Shown: piece by piece, positions 53,658 to 64,000 of the stretch | Layout: every line of letters begins with the position of its first letter | Position numbering within the stretch: the stretch's first letter is position 1 | Assembly: GCF_006345805.1 (NCBI RefSeq) | Contig: NW_021833236.1 | Location: 16,426 to 80,425, forward strand | Direction of reading: 5' to 3' | Length of the DNA stretch: 64,000 nt | DNA from: Octopus sinensis | Taxonomy: Eukaryota | Notes under the pieces: generated by a model | Told to the model about the DNA's origin: nothing | Database searches by the model: none | Seen by the model: the letters and a program-made list of their open reading frames with translations, nothing else | Made by a program: the position numbers and the translations under genes

Positions 53658-53700
53658 GATTATTATTATTCTCATTATCATCATCATCATTATTATCACT
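52908..53700. repeat. (AAT)n array with a ~190 bp internal tandem duplication
   Basis: ATGATAGTAATAATAATTAGCATGAAACAACTTTATTTTAA occurs at ~53103 and ~53291. Confidence 0.9.
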
Positions 53701-54099
53701 ATTACAATAACAGCAACAACAATGATAACGATAATGAGGAAAGCTGCAAACACACCAGAGCCAATAGGAACAGCCAAAACAACATCAACAATAACAACAA
53801 CAACAACAGCAACAACAACAACAACAGAAAGAACCTGATATATAAAATACATACAAAAAATAATAATCATAAAAAAAGGTGAAAAGGATATTAATTAATT
53901 GATTATAAGAATAAGTAAATCTGATTCGATCTGGGAGTAGATTAGGCCAGTGGTATTAGGTATATTGGAATTTAGCAGTTCTTTAAGACTAATCACCTTG
54001 ATAATCTCTGTTTGCCAAGATATCAATCTCTCTAGGAGATCATTGATAACATGGAATTAATTAGATTTCCATATTCTTCTCTCTTCTCTCTCTTCTCTC

Positions 54100-54130
<31 letters not shown>

Positions 54131-55407
54131 TCACTCTCTCCAAACCATATTTCATGTTGCCAGTATTTCGCCGATCGTCAGACATAGAGACGTTTATTAT
54201 ATTATGTAATATGTATGTAGTTTTGATGCGGATGTCTGTACATCTATGTATACAGATATGTATGTGTGTATGTATGTATGTATGTATGTATATGTGTGTG
54301 TGTATGTATGTATGTATGTATGTATGTATATATGTATGTATGTATGCATGTATGTATGTATGTATGTATGTGTGTATGTATGTATGTATGCATGTGTGTA
54401 TGTATGTATGTATGTATGTATGTATGTATGTATGTGTGTATGTATGTATGTTTGTATGTATGTATGTATATGTGTATTATGTATGTATGTATATGCCTAT
54501 ATGTGTACAAATATGTGTTTAGCTATCTACATGATCACACACATGAATATATGCATCCCCATGTGTGAGTATACACACATACATACACGCACGCATATAC
54601 ATATATACATGTATATATACATATACACATACATATAAACAACATACATACATATATATATATATATACACACACACATGTATGTATGCATGTATGTATG
54701 TTTGTATGTATATATGTATGTATAAATGAATGTATATATCCATGGATGTGTGTTTTAGACATAAGCTGTGTTTTTTTTTTTACTTTGCAGAGTTCAAGCC
54801 GGTCAATAACGAAGCAACAAGATTCTTTTGTTTAATCAAGAGACCACTTGGGTTTGTGATTATCTAAGATGGTTACTGTATGCGTGTATGTGTATGTATG
54901 TATGTATATATAAATTAATGTATGTATGTATTTGTTGGTGTGCGTTTGTGTGTTTGCATGGTCCATATGTACGGTCGTGCGTGCGGAGGAATTTGCACGC
55001 AATATAGTGTAGATGTGCACGTCACGTTATTACACAAGGAACTCAAGAAAATGATAACCAAGGAAGTTACACGCCAAAACAAATGTACAATGCTATTGAA
55101 AGTGCGCGCTCTTTTGTTGCGGTGGAGTGGGTACCTGTTAGTATAACTGATGGAGAGAACATCAGCACCTCGTTTTTAATGCTACAAAAATATCGTCTGA
55201 CGCTTTTTGAGACCTTTCTGGTGCTGATAATATGAAACTGAGCTCTCGCTTGTGTATGACTCAGAAAATGCAAGAACTTTCTAAATTCAGATAAGAAACT
55301 TGGATGATGACCAGTTTTCTCCAAGAAGGGTTTATGAACTTGCTTTATCCAGCATCACTCCTTTTAAGGCACCAAGCAATTTTAGAAAACTTTAATATCA
55401 ATATGAT

Positions 55408-55796
55408 GTGGTGGAAGCACTCCGTCGGTTACGACGACGAGGGTTCCGGTTGATCCGAATCAACGGAACAGCCTGCTCGTGAAATTAACGTGTAAGTGGC
55501 TGAGCACTCCACAGACACGTGTACCCTTAACGTAGTTCTCGGGGATATTCAGCGTGACACAGAGAGTGACAAGGCCGGCCCTTTGAAATACAGGTAGAAC
55601 AGAAACAGGAAGTAAGAGTGAGGGAAAGTTGTGGTGAAAGAGTACAGCAGGGATCACCACCATCCCCTGCCGGAGCCTCGTAGAGCTTTAGGTGTTTTCG
55701 CTCAATAAACACTCACAACGCCCGGTCTGGGAATCGAAACCGCGATCCTATGACCGCGAGTCCGCTGCCCTAACCACTGGGCCATTGCACCTCCAC
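55408..55796 (-). mobile_element. SINE family A
   Basis: Full length; perfect TSD ATCAATATGAT. Confidence 0.95.
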
Positions 55797-55811
55797 ATCA
55801 ATATGATAGTA

Positions 55812-56003
55812 GTATGTTAGGCAGAATCGTTCGTACACCGAGCAAAATGCTTCTCGTTCGTCTTTACATGCTGGGTTCAAATTCCGCGAAGGTTTTCTAT
55901 GCCTTTCATTTTCCCGGGATCGTTAAAATAAATTCCAGTCGAGCACTAGGATCGATTATACCCCTTCCTCGAAATTGCTGTCCTAATACCAAAATTTGAA
56001 ACC
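55812..56003 (+). mobile_element. Decayed SINE family C
   Basis: GGCAGAATCGTT...GGTTCAAATTCCGC...GCCTTTCAT. Confidence 0.65.
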
Positions 56004-56280
56004 AATGACAGTAGCATAAAATCCAGAAGTTATTATCGCTCTTCAAGGCTGGATTCTAAGAAGTTCAAACCACTTGAAAGTATCCAATTTGTTTGAATTT
56101 ATTAGATAATGATTTGTTTGATTTTCATGCAGCAAATTTTGAATATTGCTTGTCTGCAAAATATAAAATTCACAACAAGAATCATTTTGTTTAACTCCTA
56201 AACCACATTTCTGAAAAGCTTTTCAAAGACATCTTTACACTCACACATGTACATACACGCATAAATACACACACACACAC

Positions 56281-56352
<72 letters not shown>

Positions 56353-56357
56353 GCGCA

Positions 56358-56603
56358 CAGGGAGTGCAAAAATAAGTATACAGTTATGGAAAAATATATA
56401 TATGTTCAAAACTCGTATATTTTTATCAAAAAAATTAAAAGTCAGAATAAAAGTATTTTTATAAATTATGATAAATATATTATTCGGATAAATGACACGG
56501 AAAATATATAAAATGAGGCTAACTTTAAATTTCTTTGATAAAAACTGACTATTGTAGTTTTCTATTTTTCACAACTGTATACCTACTTTTGCACCCGGTC
56601 CTG
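56358..56603. mobile_element. Tc1/mariner-derived MITE
   Basis: TIR GTGCAAAAATAAGTATACAGTTATGGAAAAATA / TATTTTTCACAACTGTATACCTACTTTTGCAC, ending CTG-TA. Confidence 0.75.
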
Positions 56604-56607
56604 TATA

Positions 56608-56835
56608 TGCGTGCTCCTTAGTGGTTAGGGTGTGGGTCGCATGATCATAAAATTGTGGTTTCGATTCCCCGACATGGTGATGCGTTGTGTTCTTGAGCAA
56701 AATATTTTATTTTTCCCGTTGCTCCAGTCCACTCAGCTGGCAAAAATGACCAATGCTACGACAGACCGGCGTCTTTCCCAGAGGAGCTAATTATATATAC
56801 GCCACGAAAACCAGGAAACTGACCCTTATTAGTGT
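56608..56835 (+). mobile_element. SINE family D
   Basis: TTAGTGGTTAGGG, GGTTTCGATTCCC, GTTGTGTTCTTGAGCAA, CCAGTCCACTCAGCTGGCAAAAATG. Confidence 0.7.
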
Positions 56836-57101
56836 TGTATTCTTTAAATATCGTTTTGTTATGATGCACACTTTGGTACAGCAGTATAATTAGTAAGACC
56901 AGTAAAGACCACGACAATCTATAACCGACTACTAGTCCTCTCTCCTTTTACAGACCGATGCGTCCCTATTTATAGCGACTAGCACATACCACTCATCACG
57001 TGGGAATGGTGTACTATTATTTCTATTATCCCCACAGCAATAAGATCATAGGCCACGAGAAGGATACATTATCCTGATATATATATATATATATATATAT
57101 A

Positions 57102-57588
57102 TCTATATATATATATAAACTCTAGTTGTGTGAGTGTCTGTCCCCTTCGATTTAGATTCCTAACTCCTCCCACACATTTTGCGGTATCTTATAGTCGTGA
57201 TTCATATCGAGCCCGTCTGACTATTAGCGCGCGTCAACGATGAGTCTACGATTTTAAAAATAATTTAACATCATTTTTTATTCCATTTTAATGCATAAAT
57301 GCATCGTATGTCGATGGCGGCGGAGTTGGCGTCCACGTTCACAGCTGCACCTGTTGCTTCTCCCCCTTCCCTCCCTCGTGAAGCTGTGCGGAAGGGAGTG
57401 TAAAGAAATCAACGTCGTAATGCGTTGTGAAGGAAACCAGCGTTCTTTTAGAACAACGACTTCATGGCTTGAAGACACCAAAACAAAAATGGCTAAGAAC
57501 GCCGAATTTATAAGGGAAGTAACTCTCTAAAAATGCTTATATAGTTATTTCCCTTACAAACCCGAGCAACGCCGGGCGATACTGCTAG
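57102..57588 (+). mobile_element. Non-autonomous Helitron
   Basis: A|TC start, subterminal hairpin CCCGAGCAACGCCGGG, CTAG|T end; homologous to the 62769 element. Confidence 0.88.
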
Positions 57589-57600
57589 TATATATATATA

Positions 57601-57731
57601 TTAATCAAAATAAAAACATGATGCCAAGGATTCAGCGTTACATATGTTTCGGGCCTTTATTAGACCGTCTAGTAAAGGCCCGAAACATATGTAACGCTGA
57701 ATCCATGCCATCATGTTTTTATTTTGATTAA
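57601..57731. repeat. 131 bp near-perfect palindrome in (TA)n carrying a half hammerhead in each arm
   Basis: 65-bp arms with 3 mismatches and a 1-nt spacer at 57666. Each strand reads ...AAAGGCCC GAAA CATATG TA ACGCTG. Confidence 0.92.
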
Positions 57732-58191
57732 TATACACATATATATACACATATATATATATGTGTGTGTGTGTGTGGTGGGATTCGGGTTTGGTGCTTA
57801 TGTGTCAACATATATATATATATATATATGTGTTTGTATGTATATATATATATATATATGTCATCTTTTATTAGACAAGATTTCCAGTAGATGTTAGGCA
57901 AGGGCCCCGAGTTTTCTGCCAAAATAAATTCTGGGTCCCTGGACGAAAAATTTATCAAAACTTAATAAGCGCATTGACACTCGACACTAGACAATGTTAG
58001 CTCTTGAAATTTATATACTCGGCATTATATATACACCTCTGTTTCTTCTTTGAATAAAATCAAGCGTATACATCTCAACACATGCACAAATACATACAAG
58101 CACGCACACACACACACTTAAACACACACACATCCAAAATACATATATACATGCCTATATAACACATATGCACAGAAAATGCATAAAACTG

Positions 58192-58502
58192 GTACTCCAT
58201 CGGTTACGACGATGAGTATTCCAATTGATCCGATCAAGGGAACAGCCTGCTCGTGGAATTAGCGTGCAAGTGACTGACACGTGTCCCCTTAACGTAGTTC
58301 TTAGGGAGATTCAGCGTAACACAGAATATGACAAGGCCAACCCTTTGACATATAGTTACAACTCATTTTTGCCAGTTAGGTGGAGTAGAGCGACGTGAAA
58401 TAAAGTGTCTTGCCCAAGGACGCAACGTACCACCGGGAATTGAACTCATGATCTCATTAGCATGGGTTATAAAACCTAACCACTAAGCCACGTGCCTCCA
58501 CT
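58192..58502 (-). mobile_element. SINE family A-related subfamily (same tail, different middle)
   Basis: Shares the 3' tail of family A but has CTTGGGCAAGACACTTTATTTCACGTCGCTC (CORE-like) after the tRNA head. Confidence 0.8.
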
Positions 58503-58651
58503 ACATTATTTCATAAAATTGGCTGTGCAGCCTTACAAAGATGTAGCTACGGGCTGGACAAAGTCACAATGATAATGGAATGAAAAAAATGGCTGCTGGG
58601 AGAAGCAGACGACACCCACCGATTGATGCTTCTTAAAGACATTGTCTCCTC

Positions 58652-59593
58652 TACATACATACATACATACACACATACGTACATACATACATACATACAT
58701 ACATACACACATACATACTTACATACATACATACACACACACATACATGCATACATACATACATACATACATACATACACACATACATACATGCATGCAT
58801 GCATGCATACATACATACATATATACATATATACATACATAGATGCATGCATACACACACATACATACATAATACATACATGCATACATGCACGCATGCA
58901 TGCATACATACATACATACATATATACATACGTACATACATACATACATACATACATACACACATACATACATACATGCAGACATACATGCATACATACA
59001 TACATACATATATACATACATACATACATACATACATACATACACACATACATACATGCATACATATATGCATGCATACATACATACATGCATACATACA
59101 TACATACATGCACACACACATACATACATATATACATACATACACACACATACATACATGTATACATACATACATACACACACACATACATACATACATG
59201 GATACATGCATGCATACATACATACATACATACATACGTACATACATACATACATACATACATACATACATACATACATACATACATACATACATACATA
59301 CATACGTACATACATACATAAATACATACATACGTACATACATACATACATATATACATACACACATACATACATACATACATGCATACATACATACATA
59401 CATACATACGTACATACATATATACATACACACATATATACATACATACATGCATACATGCATGCATACATACATACATACCTACATACGTACATACATA
59501 CATACATACATACACACATACATACATACATACATACATACATACATACATGCATACATACATACATACATACATACACATAACATACATACA

Positions 59594-59629
<36 letters not shown>

Positions 59630-59771
59630 TACATACATACATTCATACATACATACATACATACATACATGCATGCATGCATACATACATACATACATAC
59701 ATACATACATACATACATACATACATACATACATACATACATACATACATGCATACATACATACATACATA
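58652..59771. repeat. ~1.1 kb (TACA)n satellite array
   Basis: Direct reading; source of the 230-419 aa HTYI/MYVC ORFs. Confidence 0.97.
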
Positions 59772-60306
59772 CAATTAGCTGCTTTACGGATGTTAACGTA
59801 AAGCTGAAGCTGAGTGAAAGAGAGAATACCTACGCTGAACTATTGAGAAATCTGCAGTTACTCTATCCAGATTACAAGTTCAGGTTTATACCTGTTATTA
59901 TTAAGGCCCTGAGATATCTAACACACTGCCTAAATGCCAATCTTGAGAAATTAGGCTTCTCAAAGCCAGAAAGGAGAAAGTTAATTCGAAGACTACAGAT
60001 CCAATCTATCACTGGAACTGTAAAAATCTGTAAAACCTTCCAGAATTTTGTCATTTAAATATATATGAGCATGTCTAGATATGTAACTATACGCATGAGA
60101 ATACATACATGAAACAAAACATACAAATTTGTATACATACATACACACATATATACATGCATAATACATACATACATACATACATAATACATACATGCAA
60201 ATATCCCGTGTTGTTGATGTTGAAATTTCAATGAAAGAGACTTGGATCTAGGTTAGAAACCAGCTTTTTCTCTAGCGGCAAGAAATCTTGAAATAAAACT
60301 GAATGA
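59772..60306 (+). mobile_element. RLE LINE 3' end embedded in (TACA)n
   Basis: ISCFTDVNVKLKLSERENTYAELLRNLQLLYPDYKFRFIPVIIKAL...GTVKICKTF*, then a 3' UTR ending in (CATA)n. Confidence 0.85.
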
Positions 60307-60601
60307 CATACATACATGCATACATCCATGTGATGGCCGTCCACTCGTGACCTTTATTGACCTTTTGGAACATTGTGCGTTCAAGGCTACCTTATACTTA
60401 TACTTACGGCTCCGTTGGTGACTAACAAGCACTGCTCTTGACAAACATATACGACTGCAAACATTGGAGACCAATATACATACATACATACATACATACA
60501 TACATACATACATACATACATTCATACATACATACATAATGCATACATGCTTTCAAGCATACATACGTGCACACGTTCGTATGTCTATGCATATATAGAT
60601 G

Positions 60602-60634
<33 letters not shown>

Positions 60635-60667
60635 ATATATATATATTATATATATATATATATATAA

Positions 60668-60700
<33 letters not shown>

Positions 60701-60789
60701 ACCGTGTAACGTGTTAGATGACGACGGAGATATTTGAAATGACGCTAACATACCCGACTTACGAATACTTAATCACCTCAACAGATCTG

Positions 60790-61020
60790 CAACACACAAC
60801 AAATGAAAGAATGATTAGAAACTAATATTACTGATGCTATAAATTAATAATTTAAACAGAACTAAATGCAAAAGTTAAGGTAAATATTAATAAATAATCT
60901 CAGCAGTTGCTATACTCTGTTATAGTTTAGAGTATTTTCTCAACTGGACGCCAGGTGATTTAGCAAAGCGAGACAAGAATATAAGGAACATAATGACTAC
61001 ATTTAGAATAGAACATTGAA
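60790..61020 (+). mobile_element. Old RLE LINE RT fragment
   Basis: TELNAKVK...AVAILCYS...LNWTPGDLAKRDKNIRNIMT, with frameshifts. Confidence 0.6.
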
Positions 61021-61361
61021 AACACGGAGAGAATGGAATTAGATTTATTAGGAAAACAAGATAGGAATCACCGGTGACTAAAACATTAATATCTATAAAT
61101 ATAGGAAATGGAAGTTTTTTGAGTAAATTGGAAATGAATTCAGGAAACATTCGGCATTGAGTGAGAAGCACAAGATACAAAGCAGACATTGATATGTGGC
61201 TGGTTTTGGTACGAGATCCAAACTGTTCTTACAAGGAACCTATTTAGGGAGGGAATGGGGGGAGGGGGAAGAATACAAAACTAAATATAGAATTTGATGT
61301 GGAAATTCTAAAGAAGCAGTTGTTTATGTTTTTAGTTGCTACATCTTAGTCAGAAGAATAT

Positions 61362-61772
61362 ACTCTTTACTCTTTACTCTTTACTCTTTTACTTGTTTCA
61401 GTCATTTGACAGCGGCCATGCTGGAGCACCGCCTTTAGTCGATCAAATCGACCCCGGGACTTATTCTTTGTAAGCCCAGTACTTATTCTATCGGTCTCTT
61501 TTGCCGAACCGCTAAGTGACGGGGACGTAAACATACCAGCATGGGTTGTGAAGCAATGCTAGGGGGACAAACACAGACACACATACACATATATATATAT
61601 ACATATATACGACAGGCTTCTTTCAGTTTCCGTCTACCAAATCCACTCACAAGGCATTGGTCGGCCCGGGGCTATAGCAGAAGACACTTGACCAAGATGC
61701 CACGCAGTGGGACTGAACCCGCAACCATGTGGTTGGTTAGTAAGCTACTTACCACACAGCCACTCCTGCACC
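61362..61772 (-). mobile_element. SINE family B
   Basis: Full length; (CTCTTTA)n tail. Confidence 0.92.
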
Positions 61773-62150
61773 TATATATATATAATATATATATATGTAT
61801 ATATTTTTTTTTCTGAAAAAAAGATGCCCTGCAGTATTTCTTCCGGTTCTTACCGTTTATTATTTCCAAATCTGGTGCTCAGCTTTGTCTTTCATCCCTT
61901 CGTGCGGATGGGTGGGTGGGGGGCGATCAAATGAAGTACCCCTCAAGAAGTGGCGTAAAATATATTGACTCTCTGCACAAAACAAACGGATTTTCTGGAG
62001 AATCAGTAAACCGGCCTCAATCTCGCAAATCCTCAACCAATCGCTTAAACTTCTTGTCATAAATCCTAAGGTTCCGCTTACAAATGGGACAATGGTAGCT
62101 TAACGCCAATTCCAGATTCTTTGTGCAACATATTCGTTACTTAGTATGGA

Positions 62151-62536
62151 GTGGAGGCGCAATGGCCCAGTGGTTAGGGCAGTGGACTCGCGGTCGTAGG
62201 ATCGCGGTTTCGATTCCCAGACCGGGCGTTGTGAGTGTTTATTGAGCGAAAACACCTAAAGCTCCACGAGGCTCCGGCAGGGGATGGTGGTGATCCTGCT
62301 GTACTCTTTCACCAAAACTTTCTCTCACTCTTACTTCCTGTTTCTGTTGTACCTGTATTTCAAAGGGCCGGCCTTGTCACTCTCTGTGTCACGCTGAATA
62401 TCCCCGAGAACTACGTTAAGGGTAAACGTGTCTGTGGAGTGCTCAGCCACTTACACGTTAATTTCACGAGCAGGCTGTTCCATTGATCGGATCAACCGGA
62501 ACCCTCGTCGTCGTAACCGACGGAGTGCTTCCATCC
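62151..62536 (+). mobile_element. SINE family A
   Basis: Full length; perfect 12-bp TSD ACTTAGTATGGA. Confidence 0.95.
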
Positions 62537-62768
62537 ACTTAGTATGGAATACAACGTTATCTGGAAGGGAATAATGTATTTCTGTATCCGTTTGAATATT
62601 CCTACCCCAGAATGCCTTTACCTGGTCGTTCCCTGCAGCAGGTTATTTATGACTGGCCTCAATGTGAGTCCGTTGATGGAATAGTCACAATGTAATCGCA
62701 CAAAACACAAGAAATAGCAACCAGGTTTTTTATATTACAAATTTCCGTGTTAAAAGATTTTTTCAATA

Positions 62769-63257
62769 TCTTTATATATAAAAGAAAGGTTGTGTGTCTG
62801 TCTACTCCGATTTAGATTCCTAACTACTCTCATATTTTGCAGTGCAGTGTAACCAAAAGCGGGTATCTTATAGTCGTGATTCATATCGAGCCCTTCTGGG
62901 TATTAGCGCGCGTCTACGATGAGTCTACGATTTAAAAAATAATTTACCATCATTTTTTTCCATTTTAATGCATATTTTTTTAAAGAGAAGTGACTCTCTA
63001 AAAATGTCTACGTTGACTCAATGATTTAAAAAAAATTACCATCTTATTTTTTCCATTTTTAATGCATTTTTTTGCTATTATATAAGGGAAGTAACTCTCT
63101 AAAAATGTCTACGATGAGTCAACGATTTAAAAAAATTTACCATAATTTTTTTCCATTTTTAATGCATTTGTTTGCTATTTTTTGGCTATAACTCTCTAAA
63201 AATGCTTATATAGTTATTTCCCTTACAAACCCGAGCAACGCCGGGCGATACTGCTAG
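62769..63257 (+). mobile_element. Non-autonomous Helitron with three internal tandem units
   Basis: A|TC start, CCCGAGCAACGCCGGG hairpin, CTAG|T end. The GTCTACGATGAGTC...TTTAATGCATTTTT unit occurs three times. Confidence 0.9.
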
Positions 63258-63474
63258 TAATATATAAAAGATGAGGTGGACATGGGTGAAATGCCATTGA
63301 GTAGAGAAGAATAGCGACAACAGCATTGAGCCCTTCGGAATGCCACACTTCTTTCTGGCTATATTTTCATGTGTTTATATCTATCTTTATATATGTGTGT
63401 GGGCGTGTATAAACCTGGAACCATGTATTTACGAAGCAAACCTCTGACCACAAAGCCACAGAATACAGTCAGTA

Positions 63475-63519
<45 letters not shown>

Positions 63520-63645
63520 ATGTATATATATATATTTCGGAATGGTCATTTTGCCAGTTTAGCCAATAAAAACACACGCACTATATATTTGGTGTTATTT
63601 TGCTTCATTGTTATTTATTTTTTACATTAATCTTAATCTTATTTC

Positions 63646-63690
63646 GGCCAGAGTTCTTTCGTCACACTCCTGTGACCGCATCAGTGGTCC
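63646..63690 (-). ncRNA. Minimal hammerhead ribozyme (A9>C variant)
   Basis: Minus strand: GGACCA CTGATGC G GTCAC aggagt GTGAC GAAA GAAC TC TGGCC; next to a (TG)n(TA)n tract. Confidence 0.65.
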
Positions 63691-64000
63691 TTTGTTTTCT
63701 TCTTTCTTATTTGTGTCTCTCCTTACTAACCATCAGCCATTTTGTATTTCTATTGTATGTTTTCATTTGCGCATGCTTATATCTCTACGTGCGTCTATGG
63801 TTTATTAGTGTGTTTATGTGGGGGATGCCTGTAATATTTGTATCTTCTGTTTATATATTTCATGTAATTTGTATTTTGTTTTTTGTTTTTTTTTGTTGTT
63901 TTTTGTTTATTCTTATTTTGTTCATGTGTTTACATCCACTTATTATTATCATTACATATGCTTGTGTGTATAACGAGTAATAATAATAATAAATCGAATC

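Noticed and set aside
54152-54186. ATGT CTGACGA TCGGC GAAA...ACAT on the minus strand
   Set aside because: No stem II and no UH site.
58547-60058. Long ORFs of 230-419 aa (HTYI/MYVC repeats)
   Set aside because: These are translations of the (TACA)n array; only the last ~95 aa are LINE-derived.
60711-60751. GTGTTAG ATGACGA...GAAA...CTAACAT hammerhead-like motif after (TA)n
   Set aside because: The core, stem II and cleavage site all need several corrections; too degenerate to call.
62151-62230. tRNA-Arg-like sequence
   Set aside because: It is the head of a multi-copy SINE with TSDs and has no proper acceptor stem.
62905-63200. Regularly spaced repeats resembling a CRISPR array
   Set aside because: Eukaryotic context, no unique spacers, no cas genes; these are Helitron internal tandem units.

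Overview
AT-rich, microsatellite-saturated eukaryotic DNA. The repeat families suggest an octopus/coleoid cephalopod; this is an inference from recalled SINE families, not a search result. I find no intact host protein-coding gene, and almost every ORF in the track is a translation of (TA)n, (TG)n, (TACA)n, (TAA)n or (GAT)n repeats. The window is a layered transposon graveyard. It holds four tRNA-derived SINE families (several copies with 10-13 bp target-site duplications), three Tc1/mariner relics, several MITEs and foldbacks, and two non-autonomous Helitrons. It also holds two Penelope-like (GIY-YIG) fragments, many restriction-like-endonuclease (R4/Dong-type) LINE pieces sitting in (TAA)n or (TACA)n, and CR1, Tx1 and RTE fragments. 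The most interesting signal is a set of six complete or near-complete minimal type-I hammerhead ribozyme folds plus three partial ones. They are unrelated in sequence but share the catalytic core, paired stems and usually a palindromic stem III. Most lie in short non-coding inserts inside or beside (TA)n arrays, and two are built into long foldback palindromes. Minimal hammerheads are known from Penelope-like elements. Their diversity, density and microsatellite-embedded non-coding carriers here look like a retrozyme-like system worth testing.
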